The translations under genes and the position numbers were made by a program. 64,000 nucleotides of DNA, taken from contig JBBTQL010000004.1 in NCBI GenBank assembly GCA_038065715.1, positions 35,693 to 99,692 on the forward strand, read 5' to 3'. Each line of letters opens with the position of its first letter. The first letter of the stretch is position 1. Positions 8,797 to 16,419 of the stretch are shown piece by piece. The DNA is from Patescibacteria group bacterium (GTDB lineage Bacteria; Patescibacteriota; Minisyncoccia; Minisyncoccales; Staskawiczbacteraceae). Under the pieces are notes generated by a model. The model did not search any database. It was not told the DNA's origin and worked only from the letters and a program-made list of their open reading frames with translations.

Positions 8797-9312
8797 TTGT
8801 GGATTATGAGAAATAAAATTATAACAAAAAGTTTTAAAGAAACTCAAAAAATTGGCGAGAAATTGGCAGATGAAATTTTGAAATTACTGCCGCAAAAAAG
8901 CGCAATAATTTTAGGTTTGAACGGAAACCTTGGGGGAGGCAAAACAACCTTCTTGCAAGGTTTTGCAAAAGGGCTGGGAATTAAAGAAAAAATATTAAGC
9001 CCCACCTTTGTAATTTACAAAAAGTTTATTATTTCACCAATACTTATAAATAAGCGTACGCAGAATTTGGAGTATCGCCAATTTTATCACTTTGATTGCT
9101 ATCGCATAAAAAATTACAAAGACTTTTTGGCGATAGGATTTTCCGCCCAAGGCGGACCAGCCTCGGGCTGGAAAGAAATAATTTCAAACCCAAAAAATAT
9201 TGTGGCAATTGAATGGCCAGAAAAAATTAAAAAGATTTTTCCAAAAACTGCCGTAAAGATAAATTTTAAATTTATCAACGAAAGCGCAAGAGAGTTGACA
9301 ATTAATAAATAA
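8797..9312 (+). CDS. tsaE: tRNA threonylcarbamoyladenosine biosynthesis ATPase TsaE
   Basis: P-loop LGLNGNLGGGKTTFLQGF. SPTF and HFDCYRI motifs of the YjeE/TsaE family. In-frame GC insert at 9143-9171. Confidence 0.75.
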   Translation: MWIMRNKIITKSFKETQKIGEKLADEILKLLPQKSAIILGLNGNLGGGKTTFLQGFAKGLGIKEKILSPTFVIYKKFIISPILINKRTQNLEYRQFYHFDCYRIKNYKDFLAIGFSAQGGPASGWKEIISNPKNIVAIEWPEKIKKIFPKTAVKINFKFINESARELTINK

Positions 9313-9344
9313 TATGATAAACTCTAAATTAGTTCCTGAAAAAA

Positions 9345-9580
9345 CGTTTAGTTAGCGGCAAGGCGCCTTTTTTACCAACGGGGAAAGATGGAGCAATACC
9401 CATCTGAAAGCGCGTTGGATTGCTGAGATAATCTTTGTCACCCTGACACAAAGAAACGATTTTTGGCAAAGAGGCGCGCTGGAAAAGAAATGCCAGCCGA
9501 ATCTATTGGAGTCGATTCGGCGCCGCTAACCTTAAAGCCCCTTGTTTTGCAACTCGCAGAACAAGGGGCTGATTTTTTGA
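9345..9580 (+). ncRNA. Candidate structured RNA of unknown family with a closing helix and an intrinsic terminator
   Basis: Long-range helix gttagcggc (9351-9359) pairing with gccgctaac (9522-9530). Several internal hairpins (ccaacg..cgttgg, agatgg..ccatct, ccgaatc..gattcgg). Strong terminator agccccttgtt..aacaaggggct + T6 at 9536-9579. No plausible ORF on the plus strand. Confidence 0.4.
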
Positions 9581-9632
9581 ATAATTTGACATTATTATTA
9601 GTATAATAGTATTATAAATAATAATTAAATAT

Positions 9633-9845
9633 ATGTCTAAAAAAGTAATTTTATTAAAATCAACAGTAAGAAGGGAAAAAGGCGTGGTGGTTTTACCTTT
9701 GGAAAAATGGCAGAAACTGGAAAAAGAAAAATATGAACTTAAAGAGGTGGTAAAAGCGGTTTTAGAGGGAGAATTAGCGCTGAGGTCAGGGAAAACCAGG
9801 TCTTTTAGAGATTTTATAAAAGACAAATATGCCAAAGATTTTTAA
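9633..9845 (+). CDS. Type II antitoxin (Phd/YefM- or RelB-like)
   Basis: 70-aa protein with VVLPLEKWQKLEKE. Overlaps the downstream toxin start by 17 nt. Confidence 0.5.
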   Translation: MSKKVILLKSTVRREKGVVVLPLEKWQKLEKEKYELKEVVKAVLEGELALRSGKTRSFRDFIKDKYAKDF

Positions 9846-10101
9846 ATCGCATTCTACCCCTCATTTTGAAAGCAAATTTGATAAACTTCCGGAAGATATT
9901 AAAAAAATCGCGCTTAGAAAAATTTTACTTTTTGAAAGTAATTTTCTTCATCCCAGCTTAAATACGCACAAATTAAAAGGGCCCCTTTCTAACTTTTGGG
10001 CTTTTTATATTACTAAAAACTATAGAGTTCTTTTTCAGTTTTTAAAGAATAAAGAAGTCATCTATTATGATATTGATACCCACGATATTTATAAAAAATA
10101 A
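9829..10101 (+). CDS. RelE/ParE-family type II toxin
   Basis: 90 aa. THKLKGPLSNFWAFYITKNYRVLFQF...IYYDIDTHDIYK matches the RelE/ParE fold signature and resembles the second toxin at 42414. Confidence 0.6.
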   Translation: MPKIFKSHSTPHFESKFDKLPEDIKKIALRKILLFESNFLHPSLNTHKLKGPLSNFWAFYITKNYRVLFQFLKNKEVIYYDIDTHDIYKK

Positions 10102-10998
10102 ATGGAAACAAAACGGCTTATAATAATTGATTCTAATGCCCTGTTACATAGGGCATTTCATGCTTTGCCGCCTTTAACCAATAAAAAAGGCGAACCAACT
10201 GGAGCTGTTTACGGGTATCTGCTGATTTTATTTAAGGCAATAAAAGATTTAAAAGCAAATTACGTGGTTGCCTGTTTTGACACAAAGGCAAAAACTTTCC
10301 GCCACGAAGAATTTAAAGAATATAAGGCGCATAGAGTTGCCACGCCAGACGGCATAATCTCGCAAATACCAATAGCAAAAAAAGTCCTTCAGGCTTTCAG
10401 GATTCCTGTTTTTGCAAAAGATGGATTTGAAGCAGACGATTTAATTGCAACCATTGCTACAGAAGTCGCTAAAAAAGATAACTTAGAAGTTTATATTTTA
10501 AGCGGCGACTTAGATAATTTACAGCTTGTTTCAAATAATATAAAGGTTTATACTTTAGGTAAGGGCATAAAAGATACCGTGGTTTATGACAAAAATAAAG
10601 TTGTAGAACGTTTTGGAGTGGAGCCTTTGCAGATGAATGATTTTAAAGCGTTAACAGGAGACGCTTCAGATAATATTCCTGGGGTTCCCGGCATTGGCAA
10701 AACAACAGCGGCAGATTTAATACAAAGATACGGCAATATAAAAAATATTTATGACGAGCTTTCAACAGACACAGCTGTTTTAAAACCAAAAATAAAAGAA
10801 GCTTTGAAAAACAATAAAGAGTCAGCTTTTCTTTCTCTCAAGCTAGTAGAAACAAAAAAAAATGTTGATATAGATTTTAAAATTGATGATTGCGAGTTTG
10901 GCAAATTTGATTTTAAAGAAGTTGAAAATATTTTTAGAGAATTAGATTTTAATACTTTAATTGATCGTTTAAAATCAATAACAAACAGTAATTATTAA
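10102..10998 (+). CDS. Stand-alone 5'-3' exonuclease (Pol I N-terminal/FEN-like domain)
   Basis: LIIIDSNALLHRAFHALPPL...GEPTGAVYGY plus an HhH2 region. 298 aa with no polymerase domain. Confidence 0.8.
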   Translation: METKRLIIIDSNALLHRAFHALPPLTNKKGEPTGAVYGYLLILFKAIKDLKANYVVACFDTKAKTFRHEEFKEYKAHRVATPDGIISQIPIAKKVLQAFRIPVFAKDGFEADDLIATIATEVAKKDNLEVYILSGDLDNLQLVSNNIKVYTLGKGIKDTVVYDKNKVVERFGVEPLQMNDFKALTGDASDNIPGVPGIGKTTAADLIQRYGNIKNIYDELSTDTAVLKPKIKEALKNNKESAFLSLKLVETKKNVDIDFKIDDCEFGKFDFKEVENIFRELDFNTLIDRLKSITNSNY

Positions 10999-11013
10999 TT
11001 ACATAAATAAATT

Positions 11014-11610
11014 ATGATGAAAATTACATCAAGGATAGCTTTGCCAATAATACTTGCAGGATTATTTGCGATTGTCTCTTTGATAGCCATAGAATACGAT
11101 AGATTAGATACTAGTTTTTATATAGTATTTTTATTTCTTGCAATATATTTGTTTTTATTTGGTTTTGCTATAGGAGAAAGGGTTTCTCTTCCCGTAAAAA
11201 AAATATTACAAAGGGCAACTGAATTAAGCAAAGGAGATTTAAAATCAAGAATTTATTTAGGGGATAAAGACGAGCTTGGCGAGCTTGCAAAAGTTTTTAA
11301 TAAAATAGCAGAAGAACTTGAAAATAGCCGCCTTGAAGCTGGAAAAACAGAAAATTCGGTTAATATAAAAGTGAAAGCCAGAACAGAATCTTTAGAAGAA
11401 ACAATAAAAGCGTTAGAACAAAAAGTCGGGAATAGGGCTTTAGAGCTTGATAAAATAATAAATGAATCTAAAAAAATGCAGGAGATAGCGGCTAAAAAAG
11501 AGATGGAGGCTTTAGAATTAAAAAATGAGCTTTTATTTTTAAAAGAAAAAGCAAAAAGATATAAATCTAAGAAATGTCCGGTTCCGGTAAATGAGGATAA
11601 CGGACAATAA
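11014..11610 (+). CDS. Membrane protein with HAMP-like and coiled-coil regions
   Basis: Two N-terminal TM helices, then LPVKKILQRATELSKGDLKSRIYLGDKDELGELAKVFNKIAEELE (HAMP-like) and a coiled coil. Confidence 0.4.
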   Translation: MMKITSRIALPIILAGLFAIVSLIAIEYDRLDTSFYIVFLFLAIYLFLFGFAIGERVSLPVKKILQRATELSKGDLKSRIYLGDKDELGELAKVFNKIAEELENSRLEAGKTENSVNIKVKARTESLEETIKALEQKVGNRALELDKIINESKKMQEIAAKKEMEALELKNELLFLKEKAKRYKSKKCPVPVNEDNGQ

Positions 11611-11619
11611 TAAAAAAAG

Positions 11620-12513
11620 ATGCCAGAGCTTCCAGAAGTAGAAACAACGGTGCGCGGTTTAAATTCAAAGGTCCTAAAAAGGGCCTTTGTTGATGTGTGG
11701 TCAGATTGGGAAAGAATAATTAAAAAACCAGACAATTTTGAAGTTTTTAAAAAAAATATAAAAGGTAAAAAAATAGAAAAAATATGGCGCCGCGCTAAAA
11801 ATATTATTTTTGATTTATCTGAAGAAAGTTCTCTTTTAATCCACCAAAAAATGACAGGCCATCTTTTGCATGGAACATGGAACATAAAACATGAAACATG
11901 GACGCCGGCTGAAAAAGGTCCATTGAATGACCCGATGAATCGTTTTATTCATTTAATATTTTTTTTAGACAATGGAAAAATGCTCGCTTTGTCTGATGCA
12001 AGAAAATTTGCCAAAGTTGAATTATGGAAAACAGAAGAATTATTAAAAGAATTTGATAATTTAGGGCCAGAACCGCTGGACAAAAATTTTACTTTTGAAA
12101 AGTTTAAAGAAAGATTGTTGCGGCAAAACCCGCCTTCGCCAAGGCTTCGGCGGGGCAAAGTAAAACAGGTTTTAATGAATCCAGAAATAATTGCAGGCAT
12201 TGGAAATATTTATTCTTCAGAGGCATTGTGGCATGCAAAAATACATCCAGAAAAAGAAATCCAAAAATTAAATGGCAAAGAACTAAAAAATATTTATAAT
12301 TCTATTAAAAAAGTTTTAGAGTTGGGGGTGAAATTGGGAGGAGAAAGTTTCTCAGACTACAGAAAACCAGACGGCAGCAAAGGAAATTTTGACACAGAAA
12401 GAAGGGCTTATAAAAGGGAGGGGCAAAAATGCCATAGATGCGGGACAAAAATAAAAAGAATAAAATTTGGCGGCAGAAGCGCATTTTTTTGCCCCCACTG
12501 CCAAAAACTATGA
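11620..12513 (+). CDS. mutM: Formamidopyrimidine-DNA glycosylase (Fpg/MutM)
   Basis: MPELPEVETTVRGL N-terminus with catalytic Pro2/Glu3. C-terminal zinc finger CHRCGTKIKRIKFGGRSAFFCPHCQ. GC insert at 12129-12155. Confidence 0.85.
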   Translation: MPELPEVETTVRGLNSKVLKRAFVDVWSDWERIIKKPDNFEVFKKNIKGKKIEKIWRRAKNIIFDLSEESSLLIHQKMTGHLLHGTWNIKHETWTPAEKGPLNDPMNRFIHLIFFLDNGKMLALSDARKFAKVELWKTEELLKEFDNLGPEPLDKNFTFEKFKERLLRQNPPSPRLRRGKVKQVLMNPEIIAGIGNIYSSEALWHAKIHPEKEIQKLNGKELKNIYNSIKKVLELGVKLGGESFSDYRKPDGSKGNFDTERRAYKREGQKCHRCGTKIKRIKFGGRSAFFCPHCQKL

Positions 12514-12526
12514 TAAAAGCAAAAAA

Positions 12527-13331
12527 TAGAGACCCGATCTCGCACAACTCACACAAAAAAATACTATGCCATATAGAAAAGAACAATTTGTGAACGGAGA
12601 TATTTATCACATTACCAATAGAGCAATTGATGATAACTTAATTTTTAAAGATAAAAACGATTATTATCGCGGTATTTTTTCTATTTATGAATTTAATAAT
12701 GAAAAACCTGTGAATATATCTAATAGAAGACGAGATCGGATTGTCGAAAAAGAAAGAGAAAAACCGTGTGAGACCGGGTCTCATGCGAAGCTTTCTTCGG
12801 ATGAAAGGGAAAAGTTGGTGGATATTTTTGCATTTTGTTTTATGCCAAATCATATTCATCTTTTGGTAAAACAGCTGGAAGATAATGGAATAACTAATTT
12901 TATGAAAAAAGTCGGCATAGGATATGGAGGTTATTTTAATAGAAAATATCAGCGCAAAGGTTATGTTTTCCAAAACAGATTTAAATCAGTTCACATAGAG
13001 AATGACAATCAATTTATGGTGGTTGTGCCGTACATATTTACAAATCCCACCGCATTAATAGAGCCAGGGTGGAAAGGACAGGGGATCAAAAATCACTCCA
13101 CCAAAGAGGTGCTTAAATTTTTAGAAGAATACAAGTGGTCAAGTTATCAAGATTGTATTGGAATTAAGAATTTTGATTCTGTCACACAAAGAGATTTTTT
13201 ATTAGAAATGATGGCAGGCAAACAAGGTTGTAAAGACGCAGTTGAAAATTGGATAAAAAATAAAGTCGAAATTGGACAGCACGCAAATATTTTATTAGAT
13301 TAAAAACCGTGTGAGATCGGGTCTCACACAG
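12527..13331 (+). mobile_element. IS200/IS605-like (REP/RAYT-like) element: Y1 HUH transposase flanked by subterminal hairpins
   Basis: Left hairpin-forming end tagagacccgatctcgcacaactcacaca (12527-12555). Right end ccgtgtgagatcgggtctcacacag (13307-13331). Hairpin ends rather than classical inverted repeats fit IS200/IS605. A third copy of the right-end hairpin lies inside the transposase ORF at 12764-12787. Confidence 0.5.
12566..13303 (+). CDS. tnpA: IS200-like Y1 (HUH) transposase
   Basis: HUH motif MPNHIHLLV. Tyr region GYGGYFNRKYQRKGYVFQNRF. DIYHITNRA N-terminal motif. 245 aa. Confidence 0.6.
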   Translation: MPYRKEQFVNGDIYHITNRAIDDNLIFKDKNDYYRGIFSIYEFNNEKPVNISNRRRDRIVEKEREKPCETGSHAKLSSDEREKLVDIFAFCFMPNHIHLLVKQLEDNGITNFMKKVGIGYGGYFNRKYQRKGYVFQNRFKSVHIENDNQFMVVVPYIFTNPTALIEPGWKGQGIKNHSTKEVLKFLEEYKWSSYQDCIGIKNFDSVTQRDFLLEMMAGKQGCKDAVENWIKNKVEIGQHANILLD

Positions 13332-13341
13332 CTTGCTAAAA

Positions 13342-14316
13342 ATGATTTATTTTATTTACGGGGAAGATTCTTACAGGTCAAAAAAGAAATTAGAAGAGAT
13401 AATTTTAGGTTACAAAAAAGTCCATAAATCAGGATTAAATTTGGTTTATGTTGATGCTGGTAAAACAGACTTTAATGATTTTTACAGCAATTTTAAAATT
13501 ACCTCAATGTTTGCTGAAAAAAAACTGATAGTTTTAAAAAATGTTTTTTCTCGCCCTGAACGCGCCGAAGGGCCAAGTCAAAAGTTTCAGGAGGAGTTTT
13601 TAGAAAATTTTAAAAATTTAGAAAAAATTGAAGATATAATTATTGTTTTTGAATATGATGCGGTTGATGAAAGAAAAAAGCTTTTTAAAATTTTAAAAAA
13701 AGAAACAAAATGCCAGGAGCTCTCTTTTCTTTTTGGGCTAAGCCTAAAAAAATGGGCAAAAGAGGAGTTCGAAAAAAACAAAACAAAAATTAATCCTGAC
13801 GCAGAAGACTTGCTTTTGGCTTTTACGGGAAACGATCTCTGGCAATTAGCAAATGAGATAAATAAATTATCAAATTATAAAAGAGAGGGGTACTCGCTGC
13901 CAGGTCTTATAAAAAAAGAAGATGTTGAGCTTTTAGTAAGGCCTAAGTTAGAAAATGATATTTTTAAAACAATTGAAGCCATGGCTCAAAAAAATAAAAA
14001 AGAAGCTTTTTCTTTATTGCATAAGCATATTGAAAATGGAGACAACGCCCTTTATCTGCTTTCAATGATTGCCTACCAGTTTAAAAATCTTTTAATAATA
14101 AAAGAACTTATTGAAAAACGCCTGCCCTATGCTGTTGTTTCAAAAAACAGCGGGCTTCACCCGTTTGTTGTTAAAAAAACATATTATTTGTGCGGCCAGT
14201 TTTCATTTAACGAACTAAAAAAAATCTACCAAAAAATTTTTCAGGCAGATTTAGATATTAAAACAGGTAAGATTGATCCAGAACTCACCTTAGATTTATT
14301 AGTTTCAGAAGTATAG
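13342..14316 (+). CDS. holA: DNA polymerase III delta subunit HolA
   Basis: MIYFIYGEDSYRSKKKLEEI... typical HolA N-terminus. The ORF track starts at an upstream TTG (13333); the ATG at 13342 is preferred. Confidence 0.7.
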   Translation: MIYFIYGEDSYRSKKKLEEIILGYKKVHKSGLNLVYVDAGKTDFNDFYSNFKITSMFAEKKLIVLKNVFSRPERAEGPSQKFQEEFLENFKNLEKIEDIIIVFEYDAVDERKKLFKILKKETKCQELSFLFGLSLKKWAKEEFEKNKTKINPDAEDLLLAFTGNDLWQLANEINKLSNYKREGYSLPGLIKKEDVELLVRPKLENDIFKTIEAMAQKNKKEAFSLLHKHIENGDNALYLLSMIAYQFKNLLIIKELIEKRLPYAVVSKNSGLHPFVVKKTYYLCGQFSFNELKKIYQKIFQADLDIKTGKIDPELTLDLLVSEV

Positions 14317-14322
14317 TTATTT

Positions 14323-14583
14323 TTATTTTTTTTCTATCAATCTTGTTAATCTGGATTTTTTTCTTGACGCGGCATTCTTTTTTATAACCCCCTTTTTTGC
14401 CGCTTTATCTAAAATAGAATAAACCTCTGATAATAGTTTTTTTACTTCAACAGATTTTTTTTCTAAAACCAAACTGCGGGCCTCTTTAATGAGGCTTTTC
14501 ATTTTGTTTTTATAAACAAGATTTTGCTCTTTTCGCCTTGCGTTTTGGCGAATAGCTTTTTTAGCTGATTTTGTTATAGCCAT
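14323..14583 (-). CDS. rpsT: 30S ribosomal protein S20
   Basis: MAITKSAKKAIRQNARRKEQN... bS20. Confidence 0.85.
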   Translation of the reverse strand: MAITKSAKKAIRQNARRKEQNLVYKNKMKSLIKEARSLVLEKKSVEVKKLLSEVYSILDKAAKKGVIKKNAASRKKSRLTRLIEKK

Positions 14584-14724
14584 AATTTTTTATTTTATAT
14601 AAAAAAAGCATATCACATAATTATTATTTTTGCAATAGTTGAAGCTTTGTGCTATATTGTAAAAACAGTTTTTTACTTGCCCGTGTGGGCAGGTTTCGCA
14701 CATTGACATTAAGGGAGCTCAGAA

Positions 14725-16302
14725 ATGATTAGCAAACAAAAAAACAACGATTGGCGGTTGATAAGGATTATTGTTCCTGCGTCTAAGAGAGAAACTATAT
14801 ATAGCAGACCATTAAAGATTACTACATCTTTGGCGGCTGTGATTTTAGCAACTATTATCAATAAGATTTGGGGATGGAGGGTTGAGATAATAGATGAAAA
14901 CAATTTTAGGAGCGGTCCTTTAGATAAAAACGGTTTGCCAGACCATGCAGTTTTGCAAAGAGAAAATCCAGCTGTATTGGTTGGATTTTACTGCGGTTTA
15001 AGCAGCCAGATTGACAGAGTTTGGGATTTGGCCAAACTTTATAAAGAACAAGGAGTGGCCACTGTAGCAGGCTCTTGGCATTCTCACTATTTGCCAGAAG
15101 AAACCTTACGCCACGATATTGATTTAGTTGTGCACGGCGATGGAGAACCTGTGATAAAAAGAATTATCTCTAACTTCAGCGACGGAAAGCCTTTGTGGCA
15201 ATCTGTTCCAGGAGTTTCTTTTTTGAGAGATGGTAAAGTTTATCACAACTCTTTAAGCTTGCAAGAAATTCAAGGTATTCCAGATGAAGATGAATTTTTG
15301 AATGGCTTAATGAATAAGGCTTTTGACTTAAGCGACCAGCCCTATCCAGACTTTGGTTTAGTAAAACTTGCAAAAATCAAAATATACCCGATAGGTCGCA
15401 TTAGGGGGTGCAGTTTTAGATGCGAGTTTTGCAGTGTTAGGGGTTCTGCTAGATGGGCAAGCCCAGAATATTTATTTGGAACAGTTAATTGGCTGGTTCA
15501 AACAAGAAAAGCAAAAGAGTTTTTTATTGTTGACGACAGGCTTGAAGAAGATATTGAAGGCACAATAAGGTTTTTTGAAATGATTGCTAAAAAGTACGGC
15601 AACAAACTCAGTTTTATTGTGCAAGTTCGTCTTGGAGCCGCAGAAAATACAAGGCTCTTAGAGGTAATGGAAAAAGCAGGAGTTAGAGTTGTTTGTATTG
15701 GGTATGAATCTCCGATTCAAGAAGAATTGAAGGCAATGCGCAAAGGAGTGGCGGCAGAGAAAATGCTTGAACTAACTAGAATCTGGCGGAAACATTTTAG
15801 GATTCACGGAATGTTTATAGTTGGTTTTCCTCTGCAAGACAACCAACCGTCTCCGCCAGCAAAGAAAATTTACAAAGTCTACAAGGATTTTGTAAGAAAA
15901 GCTGGCATAGACAGCGTTCAGTTTCTTGTGGCAGGGCCGGTGCCGGGGTCTGACCTTAAAAAAAGGTTGAAAAAAGATCAAAGACTGCCCTTTTCTGACC
16001 AAGAAATGTCGTTGGCTGGCGATGGAAATTTTGTTTTGTTCAAACCAATTGGCATAACTGCAACAGAGCTTCAAAATACTACCATGCGGCTAATGAGATG
16101 GTTTTACGGGCCTCTGAACATTCCCAGATTTGTTTTTAGGCTCTTGTCTTTTCCATTTGATTGGCTGATAAGAGGATGGCAAAATTGGTACAAAGACTGG
16201 TGTAGAGACAAAATAAAACTTGGAGGCCATTATTTGTTAAGAAAATGGCAAAGAAGAAAAGAAGTAGCAGAGCTTTTGGAAGAGATTAAAAAGCGATGCT
16301 AA
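14725..16302 (+). CDS. B12-binding-domain radical SAM protein
   Basis: N-terminal B12-binding-like region. CxxxCxxC cluster GCSFRCEFCS. 525 aa with a long C-terminal extension. SD aagggag. Confidence 0.7.
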   Translation: MISKQKNNDWRLIRIIVPASKRETIYSRPLKITTSLAAVILATIINKIWGWRVEIIDENNFRSGPLDKNGLPDHAVLQRENPAVLVGFYCGLSSQIDRVWDLAKLYKEQGVATVAGSWHSHYLPEETLRHDIDLVVHGDGEPVIKRIISNFSDGKPLWQSVPGVSFLRDGKVYHNSLSLQEIQGIPDEDEFLNGLMNKAFDLSDQPYPDFGLVKLAKIKIYPIGRIRGCSFRCEFCSVRGSARWASPEYLFGTVNWLVQTRKAKEFFIVDDRLEEDIEGTIRFFEMIAKKYGNKLSFIVQVRLGAAENTRLLEVMEKAGVRVVCIGYESPIQEELKAMRKGVAAEKMLELTRIWRKHFRIHGMFIVGFPLQDNQPSPPAKKIYKVYKDFVRKAGIDSVQFLVAGPVPGSDLKKRLKKDQRLPFSDQEMSLAGDGNFVLFKPIGITATELQNTTMRLMRWFYGPLNIPRFVFRLLSFPFDWLIRGWQNWYKDWCRDKIKLGGHYLLRKWQRRKEVAELLEEIKKRC

Positions 16303-16308
16303 TAATTG

Positions 16309-16338
16309 CAGACGAACGAAAGTTCGTCTTTTTTTTGA
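16309..16338 (+). terminator. Intrinsic terminator (agacgaac/gttcgtct + T8)
   Basis: 8-bp stem followed by tttttttt directly after the radical SAM stop. Confidence 0.6.
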
Positions 16339-16419
16339 GTGGCTTGTTAGAAGTTTGACGTAATATGTGGCAAGTGGTAAAATTAAGTAAACTTTTTAAA
16401 AATAAAAAATAAAAAAAAT

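Noticed and set aside
9503-9835. ORF 9503..9835 (-)
   Set aside because: Antisense to the terminator and 3' part of the candidate ncRNA and to the antitoxin gene. It has no SD and a low-complexity translation.
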